Positions 1-9,929 of a stretch of 64,000 nucleotides of DNA are shown here, one piece after another. This DNA comes from Sedimentisphaerales bacterium. Lineage in GTDB: Bacteria > Planctomycetota > Phycisphaerae > Sedimentisphaerales > Anaerobacaceae. Both the position numbers and the translations under genes were made by a program. The stretch is taken from assembly GCA_963708075.1 (NCBI GenBank), contig OY970194.1, positions 1,472,001-1,536,000 on the forward strand. Direction: 5' to 3'. Position 1 is the first letter of the stretch. The number at the start of each line of letters is the position of its first letter. A model generated the notes under the pieces. It worked only from the letters and a program-made list of their open reading frames with translations. It was not told where the DNA came from and made no database searches.

Positions 1-56
1 GTCGTGAAGGCGGCAGGCATGGGCGTCCACGATGCTCTACCCGCCCATACGGTCCT

Positions 57-993
57 TCACTGGTTTCTCCCAATCTTCTCATCCTGTGGCGGGAATTCTT
101 CCACCCCAACCTCTGCCCCGCGGATCACTTTGACAATCCAAGGCGGTTTCGGCGGGGCCGGCGCAACCATATTCGCATCGTCCGGCTCCACGTAGGCGAG
201 AACCGTCTCGGCCGGCTCGCTGGGGACAGGCTCGTCCGGCACCAGGCCAAGGGCCCTGCGCAGACGCTCGTCCGTGACGAGCGGCCCCTGCGGATCGGAC
301 TGCTCCTGTTCTTCACGCGGACTACGGATCGTCAGGGTGATCGTGCCGCGTTCGCCGACCATCTGCAGGATTCCCGCCTGCTCATACGTGGCCAGCAGGT
401 TGACCTTGACCATCCCGGTCGTGCCGGCGCCGGAAGGCGGGACTTTGATTTTCGCCCACTCCTGCACGTTCGACGCCGGATCTTCGGGCTCATCTCCCAG
501 GCTCCAAACCTGTATCGCCGTGAACAGGGTCCCCGAGACGGACTTGGTCTCCGAGGAGCCACCGTCGCGCAGCGTAGCGAACACCTGGACGTGGCAACCT
601 CCATGGAGCAAGCCGCCACTGACAGAGCGCGACGGCACGGTTACCGTGGCTACAGTCATGCCGGGCGGAAGCATGTACATCTTTTCCGTCAGGCTCCCGC
701 GCCGCCAGGGAGGATTCGGTGAGGACCTGGCCCTTCATGAGGGGAACGAGCAAGTACCGCCCTATGGCCTGAGTCGGGTCAATCAGGCATCCGCGGGGCA
801 AAGCGGGCATCGGGACCGGCTCTCGCCTGACGCTCTCGGCCGTCAGGCAGGTCGCAGCCGGCAGATCGCTCTGCACTACGAGAACCTGCGCCATTGCGGC
901 CCCGGGCCGAATCTTCAAGCCCTTTACGACCAGGGCCGCCGAGCCTGCCGCCAATACACCCAAGACCGTCAGTATGACAACTGCCAATTTCAT
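57..993 (-). CDS. cpaB: Flp pilus assembly protein CpaB/RcpC (SAF domain); frameshift near 695-705 joins ORFs 490-993 and 57-680
   Basis: N-terminal TM anchor, SAF-like VLVVQSDLPAATCLT...IGRYLLVPLMKGQVLT, then RcpC-like LPPGMTVATVTV...VSGGLLHGGCHVQV; lies in a tad cluster. Confidence 0.85.
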
Positions 994-1039
994 ACGTACT
1001 CGCTTGCTAAAACTGAGTTTGCTGAGACTGCCTCCATCG

Positions 1040-1468
1040 CTATGTCGTGCCGCCTTCCCGCGCCATCGTAACGGTGGCTCTGAGCGTATCCGGCGCGGGA
1101 AACAGCAGTGGCGCGTTGACGATGAGCAGATTGGCTGTAGGCACAGAGATGGTCACCGTCACACCCATCCGGCCTTCCGGGTCCCCCGGAATCGCCACTC
1201 TCGTGACGTTCACGGTTGGACCGTCGTCATCCAAATGCACTGCCGCCAGCATCGAGTTGATGGTCAGGCGTGCATCGGCCTCCGCCGTGCCGTAGGGCAG
1301 CGTGGCGATCCTGGCGCCCTGACGCGCCGCGTTGGTGACCATCTGTGCGTGGAGGAACAGCCAGCCATATTCGATCGCCCCGAGCGTCAACATCAAGAGG
1401 ACCGGGAAAATGATCGCTGCTTCCACCACCATTGTGCCTCGATATTTCTGATCTGCTATCTTGTTCAT
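1040..1468 (-). CDS. tadE: TadE-like pseudopilin
   Basis: RGTMVVEAAIIFPVLLMLTLGAIEYG...VTNAARQGAR motif; ATG at 1468 overlaps the upstream stop (ATGA). Confidence 0.9.
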   Translation of the reverse strand: MNKIADQKYRGTMVVEAAIIFPVLLMLTLGAIEYGWLFLHAQMVTNAARQGARIATLPYGTAEADARLTINSMLAAVHLDDDGPTVNVTRVAIPGDPEGRMGVTVTISVPTANLLIVNAPLLFPAPDTLRATVTMAREGGTT

Positions 1469-2040
1469 AAGTGCACCATGAAGGCGGCCAGACAGACGCC
1501 GAGAAAGATGGCGATCCCATAAGGAATCGTGACCTCCTCGCTCTGTCCACCTGCCTGCTCCTGTCGGTCTGCCGTCAGCAGACTCCACGTCTTGCGTCCA
1601 CCTGCCAGGACTGCGGCAGATACATACAATGAGGTTGTTACATTACGTAGTATGACTCTCCGCTCGTCGTGGCAAAGCATCCTCAGCACGGCCACGACCC
1701 CCCCGACGATGCACACGCAGCAGAGGGCTATGATGCCTTCTCTCAGGCCGAGCCAGGCGCCGATGGCTCCCATCATCTTCGCATCCCCGGCGCCGCCCCG
1801 ACCCAGCACAAAGAGAAGGAAGTAGGGGAGCATCAGCAGCGCCCATGCGGCTATAGCCTGGCCGAGTCCGGCAAACCCGCCGGAGAATGCCGCGTAGATC
1901 ATGCCTCCCGCGGCGACGGGCAACGTGAGCCAGTTCGGGATGCGCCCGCTCCGCATGTCCATCGCGGCAGCGACGAGTGAGGCGCCAAGGACGGCGCCCC
2001 ACTCGTACGTATGCGTGCCGAAATCCATCAACATGTTCAT
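1465..2040 (-). CDS. cpaA: Prepilin peptidase, A24 family (CpaA/TadV)
   Basis: DMRSGRIPNWLT, GAGDAKMMGAIGAWLG and C-terminal IPYGIAI motifs; several TM segments. Confidence 0.92.
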   Translation of the reverse strand: MNMLMDFGTHTYEWGAVLGASLVAAAMDMRSGRIPNWLTLPVAAGGMIYAAFSGGFAGLGQAIAAWALLMLPYFLLFVLGRGGAGDAKMMGAIGAWLGLREGIIALCCVCIVGGVVAVLRMLCHDERRVILRNVTTSLYVSAAVLAGGRKTWSLLTADRQEQAGGQSEEVTIPYGIAIFLGVCLAAFMVHL

Positions 2041-2068
2041 GCGATTCCCGGGAAAACAAGGTGATACG

Positions 2069-2239
2069 CTACGGAATCGACTGCATGCCCGTCTCCAGGC
2101 CCGTAAAGGCCCGTGTCACATGGCCGCCGATCAGGAGGACCAGACCAATCGCTGCGACCGCAATCAGGCCGACCATGATCGCCCACTCCACCGTCTCCGT
2201 TCCGCGTTCGTCTCTGAAGAATCTGAGTACCCTTTTCAT
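2069..2239 (-). CDS. flp: Flp family type IVb pilin, 56 aa (absent from ORF track)
   Basis: Hand translation MKRVLRFFRDERG|TETVEWAIMVGLIAVAAIGLVLLIGGHVTRAFTGLETGMQSIP*; AAGGAG RBS; directly upstream of the prepilin peptidase. Confidence 0.93.
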   Translation of the reverse strand: MKRVLRFFRDERGTETVEWAIMVGLIAVAAIGLVLLIGGHVTRAFTGLETGMQSIP

Positions 2240-2499
2240 TGTTCTCTCCTTTTCCTTGACAAAGATTGATCAATAGACCTCGAAGAGCTTTTCGCCCCCC
2301 ACGATAAACGATTTGCGCAAAGAGTTCGCGAACATGTCATAGAGATTTGGAACCCCGCCCCAATTGCCAGATCACAATATGGTTCTCCTTAACCAACGCG
2401 TGATCTACGATTTCTCTCACACCCTCCGTGCTCGACCCCCATGATGTGGTGCTCACTCATTCATTGTCTGAGCCGGAGAAACCTACTGTTCGAATACAG

Positions 2500-2528
2500 G
2501 TGTTACCAGCACCAGAAACTCCTGTCAA
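2500..2528 (-). promoter_or_regulatory. Putative sigma70 promoter of flp operon
   Basis: TTGACA-N17-TAACAC with TGn extension; A/T tracts upstream. Confidence 0.5.
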
Positions 2529-2613
2529 GCAGCTTTTTTTGTTTTTTCGAAAAAATTTTGCACGGGCCGCATGGGTGCGGGAAATGCTGCCGCAGACTAA
2601 GTAAAACCCTTAC

Positions 2614-2642
2614 TTGACATAGTATGGTGACATTCATAGTGT
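2614..2642 (+). promoter_or_regulatory. Putative sigma70 promoter of tadG-like gene
   Basis: TTGACA-N17-TAGTGT; AAGTAA-N5-TTACTT inverted repeat (2599-2615) overlaps the -35 box. Confidence 0.45.
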
Positions 2643-2755
2643 CGGAAGGCAGACGGTCGTGCGAGTATTCGCTGCGGCTTCGAGGCACGCGCCACAGCAG
2701 CACAATCGGGGGACAGATCGGGGACATATCGAGTCGGAACACAAGGAGGTGAGCC

Positions 2756-4201
2756 ATGGAGCGATGCCATAGAAGCCTTATGCAGCGAGTCATGAAGCCA
2801 ACGGGTCGGGATTCCGGTGCGCAATATTCCAGGGATGCGGTACGGTCACGCGCGAGGCGCCGGGGAGTTGCCCTGGTCTGGACCGCCATCTTCCTGCTGG
2901 CTCTCGTCGGGATCGTGGGCCTGAGCCTCGATTGGGGCAAGGCGATGTTCAACCTCCATCAACTGCAGAACGCGGCGGATGCCGCCGCCCTGGCGGGCGC
3001 GCAATTCGTCAAGTTCGATCTGGACGGGGCGCGCTGGCACGCGAGAGCCATCAGCGCTGAGAATTATGCCGACAACGTCTCCGTATTCCTGCGGGACAAT
3101 CCCGGCAACGACCCGAATCTCGACGTGGTCGTCGGCTACTGGATAAGACAGACGCGAACGTTCACAGCCTTCGATCCCGCCAACCCCGGACCGACGAATG
3201 CGGTGAAGGTGGTGGATCGCCGCACGGAGGAACTCCCGGACGGCCCGCTGCCTCTGGTCTTCGGGTCTGTGTTTGGCAAGGATACCGTGCGGGCGTCGCG
3301 ACGCGCCATCGCCTGGTCCGTCGGCTCGACGGGCGCGGGTCTGATCTGCCTGGTGCCCGATGAAACCGGACTGAAAATTCAGGGCGATGCGGTTATCAAT
3401 GTCCAGGGCGGCGATGTGCAGATTGATTCCAGAAGCGAGCAAGCGGGGGTCTCCGTGGGCAGCACGTTCACGCTCAAGGCCGACGAGGTCAACGTCGTCG
3501 GCTGGGTCGATCCGTGCGACCGCTGGATGGACGCGGGCATCACTGGTGAGTTCTCCGTGAATACAGCCCCCGTCGTCCAACCGATCGGCGATCCGTTGAA
3601 AGACTTGCTCGCACCGGATGTGAGTGCAATGAGGCTGGATCCGAATGAGGTATCCGTCAATGGAGAGTCCATCACATTGCGCCCGGGGTACTATCCCAAC
3701 GGGATTCGGATGACCAGCGGCAACATCCATCTCGAACCGGGGATCTATGCCGTCGGCGGGGGGACCCGCCTGAACCCTGAGCGCGGCCTGATCCTTAGCG
3801 GTGGGACAATCGAGGGCAATGGCATCATGTTTTACATCACCAAGTCGCTGTCGCCGTTGCTGATCGACGGCAGGGTCAACATCGGCGGCAACGCCTTGGT
3901 ACGTCTCACGGCCCCCACGGAAGGTATCTATGAAGGCATGAGCTTCTTCCAGGACCGTGCCAACACCCGCGACGCCTTGGTCATCGGGACCGCCGATTCA
4001 TTCCAGGTGGATGGCGTGCTGTACTTCCCCAAGTGCGGAGACAGTCCTCGCGGCGAGGGGCTGGAGATCGGGGGCACCGGCCTCGATCTCGGCGTGCAGT
4101 TGATCACGTGGAAACTCTACGTACGTGGGAATTCCGATGTAACGATCAACTACAACGGCGAGAACTTCATCCGGGGCTACCGATCCATCCTGGTTGAGTA
4201 G
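2756..4201 (+). CDS. TadG-like pilus-associated protein (Tad N-terminal domain plus C-terminal beta-rich domain)
   Basis: RRGVALVWTAIFLLALVGIVGLSLDWG...LQNAADAAALAGA; GGAGG RBS. Confidence 0.88.
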   Translation: MERCHRSLMQRVMKPTGRDSGAQYSRDAVRSRARRRGVALVWTAIFLLALVGIVGLSLDWGKAMFNLHQLQNAADAAALAGAQFVKFDLDGARWHARAISAENYADNVSVFLRDNPGNDPNLDVVVGYWIRQTRTFTAFDPANPGPTNAVKVVDRRTEELPDGPLPLVFGSVFGKDTVRASRRAIAWSVGSTGAGLICLVPDETGLKIQGDAVINVQGGDVQIDSRSEQAGVSVGSTFTLKADEVNVVGWVDPCDRWMDAGITGEFSVNTAPVVQPIGDPLKDLLAPDVSAMRLDPNEVSVNGESITLRPGYYPNGIRMTSGNIHLEPGIYAVGGGTRLNPERGLILSGGTIEGNGIMFYITKSLSPLLIDGRVNIGGNALVRLTAPTEGIYEGMSFFQDRANTRDALVIGTADSFQVDGVLYFPKCGDSPRGEGLEIGGTGLDLGVQLITWKLYVRGNSDVTINYNGENFIRGYRSILVE

Positions 4202-4237
4202 GGCAGCAACAGTGCTGAATTGGTTGGGGAAGAGAAT

Positions 4238-4943
4238 ATGGCCAAGAAATATACCCTTCTCAGGTTCTCAGAGGAGGCAGGTCTTTGAGATTCTGCGCGA
4301 GGTAGGGCTGGAGCCTGCCGAATTCTCATGGTCTGAGAGGGAGGAGGCGGGGGGCAGTATCGTCGTCTCGCGGCTGGATTATCGCGGCGGGCCATATTCC
4401 TTTCAGTTCTCGTGGTATGAGCTAAGCTCGTGGTGCATTCTCTGTCCCGGCCGCTACAGGTCGATGGAATACGAGCACCCGATGAACTGGAAGGAGCAGG
4501 AGGCATCATTGCGGGCCTGGGCCCAATGCCTCAAGCGGGAACTCGAATCGCCTGACCCGTGGATGGAAATGGCCAAGTACAAGATCGCCCTCAATGGCGA
4601 GCCGTCCGAAGCAGTGTTGAATGAGCCGATCTCGGCATATGAGGCGGACCATATCGGGGAGCGGCTGCTTCAGTTGGCGGAACAAATCGAGCAGGATTTG
4701 CGGCTCGGCGACAAGGAGGCGACGCTGGTCCGCGGCAGGCTCGGCTACCTGGCGGAAGCCGCCAGGAGGCAAAAGAGCAGGGACTGGCTCTACACGGCAC
4801 TCGGTGTGTGCATCACCATCGCCATGGGGTTGGGGCTGGACAATGACGCCATGCGAGTGTTGTGGCAGCAAATTGGCAGCCAACTCGGCAGCGTCATCCG
4901 CATTCCGCCCGCCGGCAGGAACACACTCTTGAAATCGAAATAG
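4238..4943 (+). CDS. Hypothetical protein with C-terminal hydrophobic segment; probable true start ATG 4238 with a +1 frameshift at 4263-4269
   Basis: Removing one T from GGTTCTC gives MAKKYTLLRSQRRQVFEIL... in frame with ORF 4194-4943; purine-rich RBS before 4238. Confidence 0.65.
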
Positions 4944-5047
4944 CCCTGATCATGCCGCAGAACACCATCGGCAGGCTCCGCTGCCACCCATCCCCAATCC
5001 CCTGAAATCTTCACAGGCAGCCCTTTGAGTATCCCTGCAAATACGTC

Positions 5048-5076
5048 TTGATATGCCGGGCGGTCTTCTATACAAT
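5048..5076 (+). promoter_or_regulatory. Putative sigma70 promoter
   Basis: TTGATA-N17-TACAAT upstream of the NtrC-type gene. Confidence 0.55.
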
Positions 5077-5214
5077 TCTGTCATCAGTTCCGGGGATGAG
5101 GAGGAGGCGCATCGGGTGTCTGGTACCCGGTATTGGCCGGCCGTCTGGCATCCGCAGCGACTCCTGCACTAGTGAGGCCCGGAATGAAATACCGCAATGT
5201 GATTGAGCAGTCAT

Positions 5215-6583
5215 ATGTCAGAATACAGACCGGTTGTGATGGTCGTGGATGATGAGCGGGACCATGCCGATGGCATCGTGGAGGCCCTCGGCAGGCTGGC
5301 GGTCAAGGCGCTGGCCGTCTACACGGGGGAAGACGCCGTCGAGGTACTCCAGAATCAGCAGGTGGACGTCGTCGTAACCGATTTGAAGCTGGAAGGGCGG
5401 GTGGACGGGCTGGACGTGCTGCGGCAGGCCCGCCAGAACGCCAATTCCACCGAGGTGATCCTGATCACCGCCTACGCAACGATTGAGAACTGTAAGGAGG
5501 CGATCCGGCAGGGGGCCTATGACTACCTTGTCAAGCCCCTCGATATCGATCAGCTCAGGACCCTGGTGGAGCAGGCGAGCCGAAAGGCGGTCGCCGCCCA
5601 TGTCCAGCGGACGGGAGGGCACGAAGAGCACCACCCCTTCGTATTCGACGGCATCAAGGGCGCCAGCACCGCCATGCAGGGCATCTTCGAGATCGTCCGC
5701 AGGGTGGCCCCCACGAATATCTCCGTTTTGATCGAGGGGCCTTCCGGGACGGGCAAGGAACTGCTGGCCCGCGCGATTCACGGCAATTCCCTTCGCCGCA
5801 ACAAGCCTTTCAAGCCGGTCAATTGTGCCGGCTTGACGGAGACGCTCCTGGAGAGCGAGCTGTTCGGGCACGTGAAGGGGGCCTTCACAGGGGCCAACAC
5901 CGACCGCAAGGGCCTGTTCGAGATCGCGGACGAAGGAACGCTCTTTCTCGATGAGATCGGGGATATGCCGCTGACCATGCAGGCGAAGCTGCTCCGTGTG
6001 ATTGAGGACGGCGTCGTCGTGCCGGTCGGCTCGAACAAGCCGACGGTCGTCGATGTCCGGATCATCAGCGCGACCAACCAAAACCTCCGAAAGCTGATCG
6101 AGCAGAACAAATTCCGCGAGGACCTTTACTTCCGCATCCGCGGCGTCGATGTCTCCCTGCCGCCTCTGCGGGAAAGGCCCGAGGACATCCCGCTCCTGGC
6201 CCGGCATTTCCTCGAAGAAGCTGTGGACGAGAACCGGCTCAAAAGTGGCGGGAATCACGGAGCCCGCGATGCGAATCCTCGCCGGCTACGAGTGGCCCGG
6301 GAATATCCGGCAACTCAAGAACACGATCCGCACGATGGTCGTCATGTGCGACCACGACAAGATCGACATCCCGGACCTGCCGCCGGAGATTGCCCCACGG
6401 CGGCAACTGACCGGTGCAAGCAGTCCGCCGGCCAGCCTCGCGGGCGTCTCGCTCAATGACCTCGAACGCAAGGCCATCATGGATACCCTCGCCCGGACCG
6501 AAGGCAATCGGGAAAAGGCCGCCAAAATCCTCGGGATCGGCGAACGGACCCTCTACCGCAAAATCCGGGAGTACAATCTGTAA
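5215..6583 (+). CDS. Sigma54-dependent response regulator (NtrC/AtoC family: REC-AAA+-Fis HTH); frameshift at 6229-6235
   Basis: REC VVDDE/TDL/KP; Walker A GPSGTGKE; ESELFGHVKGAFTGA; FLDEIGDM; WPGNIRQL; AAKILGIGERTLYRK. Confidence 0.95.
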
Positions 6584-6635
6584 CAGCAGTGGCCCATCTC
6601 AAAGGTTAGAGGCTTTAACAGAATGAGCCTTGTTA

Positions 6636-6701
6636 TGTCACCCCCGCGCAGGCGGGGGATCGTTCGAAAGGGACTGGATTCCCGCCTTCGCGGGAATGAC
6701 A
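6636..6701. repeat. REP-like doublet (GTCA-type palindromic element)
   Basis: TGTCACCCCCGCGCAGGCGGGGGATC ... GGATTCCCGCCTTCGCGGGAATGACA, inverted arms between convergent genes. Confidence 0.8.
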
Positions 6702-6746
6702 TGTGGGCAGCCTTGTCATATCTTCATTGTGCCATTGATTCTTATG

Positions 6747-7394
6747 CTATTCGGCGTCGGGGCGCGTCTTCTGACGCCACGCGGGCATCTGCTCGGGCGT
6801 GATCTTGGCCCACAGACCAGCCTTGGCCGCCCGGGCGCTGGCCTCCAGTTGCTTGTATTTGTGATAATAGCTGTGCCGGAATCGCAGGTCCGCGTACACG
6901 TAACCGCCGAGCAGGAGTTCTTCGTTCAGGAATCGCCCGTCCGGCAATTCCACATAGGCGAGGAGCCGGTCGTATTTGTCCCGGGTGCCGGCCCGCTCAT
7001 CGAGATAGATCGTCACGACCTTGTGAAGAGCCAGGTCGGTGGCAAACCGTGTGGCTTCCTCCGCGAAATACATCGGCCTCTTCCTTGCGTCGCCCATCTC
7101 CGGCGCGTCGATTCCCAGAAGCCTGACCTTCGTGATCCGGCCTCCGCCATCGGGGATGTCGAGGTGCAGCGTATCGCCGTCCACCACGCGAACGACGGCG
7201 AATGCATTGCGGTCGTACCGGGCGGAATCGGCAGCGATCGTCTCCTGGCGGGAGGAGGGGGACCGCGACCATTCCGATCCGATATAGCCCCGGTCGAGGC
7301 CAATGAGAAGAGCCGCCACGGTCATAAGGAAGCCGATCACGGCGGCTCGTTTTCGCCTGCTCAGTGCGTACGTCCTTTTTCGCCGGCGAGCCAC
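6747..7394 (-). CDS. Thermonuclease (SNase-like) with N-terminal membrane anchor
   Basis: VVRVVDGDT, KVRLLGIDAPE, DKYDRLLAYV, LNEELLLGGY, AKAGLW motifs. Confidence 0.93.
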   Translation of the reverse strand: MARRRKRTYALSRRKRAAVIGFLMTVAALLIGLDRGYIGSEWSRSPSSRQETIAADSARYDRNAFAVVRVVDGDTLHLDIPDGGGRITKVRLLGIDAPEMGDARKRPMYFAEEATRFATDLALHKVVTIYLDERAGTRDKYDRLLAYVELPDGRFLNEELLLGGYVYADLRFRHSYYHKYKQLEASARAAKAGLWAKITPEQMPAWRQKTRPDAE

Positions 7395-7409
7395 GGGTCA
7401 GAAACTCCG

Positions 7410-8648
7410 TCAGACGGCCGCGCGCTGCCGGGCCGGCCTGTCCAACTGGAACGCCAGGCAGACGGCCTCGAGCGCCTTCTCGACCTGGCTGATATCCACG
7501 GCGCAACTGATGCGAATCTCGCTCGTGGTGATCGAATCGATGTTGACTTCCGCCTTGGCCAGCGCCCCGAACAGCTTCTCGGCCACGCCGTACTGCGACC
7601 GCATCCCCACCCCGATCACCGACACCAGGGCGATGTTATCGCGGACGAAGAGGCCCTCGCATCGCAGCTCCGCCCTCAGCTCTTCGGCCACCTGCTTGGC
7701 GGTCGCAAGATCGGTCTTGTTCACCATGAAGGACAAGTTGGCCTTCTCAGAGCTGATCTCCGTTTGCATGATATCGTGAACGACGACCTTGGCCGCCGCC
7801 AATCGAGCGAACACCGTCGCGGCGGTGCCCGGGACATTCGGGATGCCGGCCAAGCCGATTTTTGCCATATCTTTCTGTATCGTTGCACCGGACACTAATA
7901 CGCCTTCCATCTGCGGCACCTCACGAGTTATGATGGTTCCCGGATTGTCACCTGTAATGTTTCTCACGCGAATCTTGACGTCGTATCGTTTGCCGAAGGC
8001 CACGGCCCGCGTGTGCATCACGCCGGACCCGAGGCTGGCCATCTCCAGCATCTCATCGTAGCTGATCTGATCCAGCACGACGGCCTTCTTGTAGAGTCCC
8101 GGGTCCGCCGTGTAGATGCCATCCACGTCTGTGAAGATCTCGCACTCCTCGGCTTTCAGGGCCGCCGCCAGCGCCACCGCACTGGTATCGGCGCCGCCCC
8201 GGCCAAGGGTCGTAACGTTTCCATACTGATCGATGCCCTGGAAGCCGGTGACGATCACGACTCGGCCCTTATCCAGCTCGTAGCGGATGAATTCCGAGTC
8301 GATGCTCATGATCTGCGCCTTGCTGTAGACGCCGTCCGTCATCATGCGGATCTGGCCGCCGGTGAAGCTGATCGCCTTGTATCCCATCGCTTCGAGCGCC
8401 ATGGCGAACAGCGAGACGGTTTGCTGCTCGCCCGTGCTCAACAGTTGGTCCAGCTCCCGCTTGGGGGGATTCGGGTTCAGCTCCAGCGCGTCGCGCATGA
8501 GCTCTTCCGTCTGGTGGCCGCGGGCGGAGGCCACGACGACCACCTGGCAGCCGGCCTGCATCCGCTCGATCACCCGCTTGGCCGCACGCCGGATCTTCTC
8601 GGCATTCGCCACCGACGTGCCGCCGAATTTCTGAACAATGATTGCCAT
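7410..8648 (-). CDS. lysC: Aspartate kinase with two ACT domains
   Basis: VQKFGGTSV, TTLGRGGADTSAVALA, TDVDGIYTADP, TSEIRIS. Confidence 0.97.
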   Translation of the reverse strand: MAIIVQKFGGTSVANAEKIRRAAKRVIERMQAGCQVVVVASARGHQTEELMRDALELNPNPPKRELDQLLSTGEQQTVSLFAMALEAMGYKAISFTGGQIRMMTDGVYSKAQIMSIDSEFIRYELDKGRVVIVTGFQGIDQYGNVTTLGRGGADTSAVALAAALKAEECEIFTDVDGIYTADPGLYKKAVVLDQISYDEMLEMASLGSGVMHTRAVAFGKRYDVKIRVRNITGDNPGTIITREVPQMEGVLVSGATIQKDMAKIGLAGIPNVPGTAATVFARLAAAKVVVHDIMQTEISSEKANLSFMVNKTDLATAKQVAEELRAELRCEGLFVRDNIALVSVIGVGMRSQYGVAEKLFGALAKAEVNIDSITTSEIRISCAVDISQVEKALEAVCLAFQLDRPARQRAAV

Positions 8649-8735
8649 AGGTCAACCCACCACATTCTCTCTCGTTTATGAATGAACTCTTGCAGGTACC
8701 CCTGATCTGTATTCTGCGAAAACTCAGTTATGATT

Positions 8736-9924
8736 TCAACTCTTGAGGAAATATTCCATCAAGTCGCATCCATTCTCAATCCGGAATCCGGATTTGGCGG
8801 CGTTCGACTCGCCGAAACCCAAATGCAGATGACTGGTTACGCCAGGACCGGCTATCGCGAACGGCACCGGAGTGGCCGAGTGCGCGCCGCCTTGTACCGG
8901 CGTCGGATGGTCCGGCAGCACCAGGATACGCCAACTCTCGTATCGCTCGAGAGCCTGCAGCACCGGGCCAACAATGTGCTTGTCCACCTCCTCGATCGCT
9001 TTGGTCTTCATCGCGAGGTTGCCTTCGTGGGCGGCCTCGTCCGGCGCCTCGATGTGGATGAATACCAGATCGTACTCCTCCAGGGCCTTGATTGCCGCCT
9101 GCCCTTTGCCCGCGTAATTGGTATCGACGAATCCTGTCGCCCCGGGCACCTCGATCAGGTCGAACCCGACGAGTTTGGCCAACCCCCGGACCAGGTCTAC
9201 GGCGGTAATCACCGCGCCCTTGAGAACCGAAACGCTTGCGAAAGCTGTCCAGGCGGGTCTGCTTGCCCTGACCCCATAGCCAGATCGAGCTGACCTGATT
9301 CTCCCCGAGGTCTTGCCTGACTCTATTGATCTCGTGGCCGGCGAACAGCTCCTGCGACTGATTGATCAACTGGATCAGCACATCGGCTCCCTTGCCCCGC
9401 GGGAGAATCTTCTCCACCGGCGTGCCGATGCAGTCGTGGGGCGGGTACGTGCGAACGTCGAACTCGATATCCCGGAACACCAGCAGATGCCTGTAGCTGA
9501 CGCCCGTGTGCAGGGAGATGCGATCGTCATGAATCTGCTTACTTAGATCGGCGACCAGGCCTTTGGCCTCTTCCGTCGAGATATGCCCGGCGCTGTGGTC
9601 GGCCATCTTGCCGTCGGCGATCGTCACCATGTTGCATCGGAACACCCAGTCGTGCAGGCCGAGCGGAATTCCCTGGGCCGCCGCTTCGATCGGGGCCCGG
9701 CCGCTATAGTATCGCTGCGGATCGTACCCCAGCAGGCTCATCTGGGCGACGTCGCTGCCCGGCTCCATCCCCTGCGGCACCGTGCGCACCACGCCCTGAC
9801 GGCCCTCGCTGCTGATGCGATCCATATTGGGAGTCTCGGCCGCCTCTAGCGGCGTCCTGCCTCCGAGCAGCTCCTGCGGATCATCCGCCGCGCCGTCGGG
9901 CACTATGATCACGTACTTCGTCAT
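8736..9924 (-). CDS. apgM: Cofactor-independent phosphoglycerate mutase family protein (ApgM / proposed homoserine kinase); frameshift at 9222-9228
   Basis: VPDGAAD, TPNMD, PGSDVA, GRAPIEAA, HIEAPDEAAHEG, PDHPTP motifs. Confidence 0.9.
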
Positions 9925-9929
9925 CGGTA

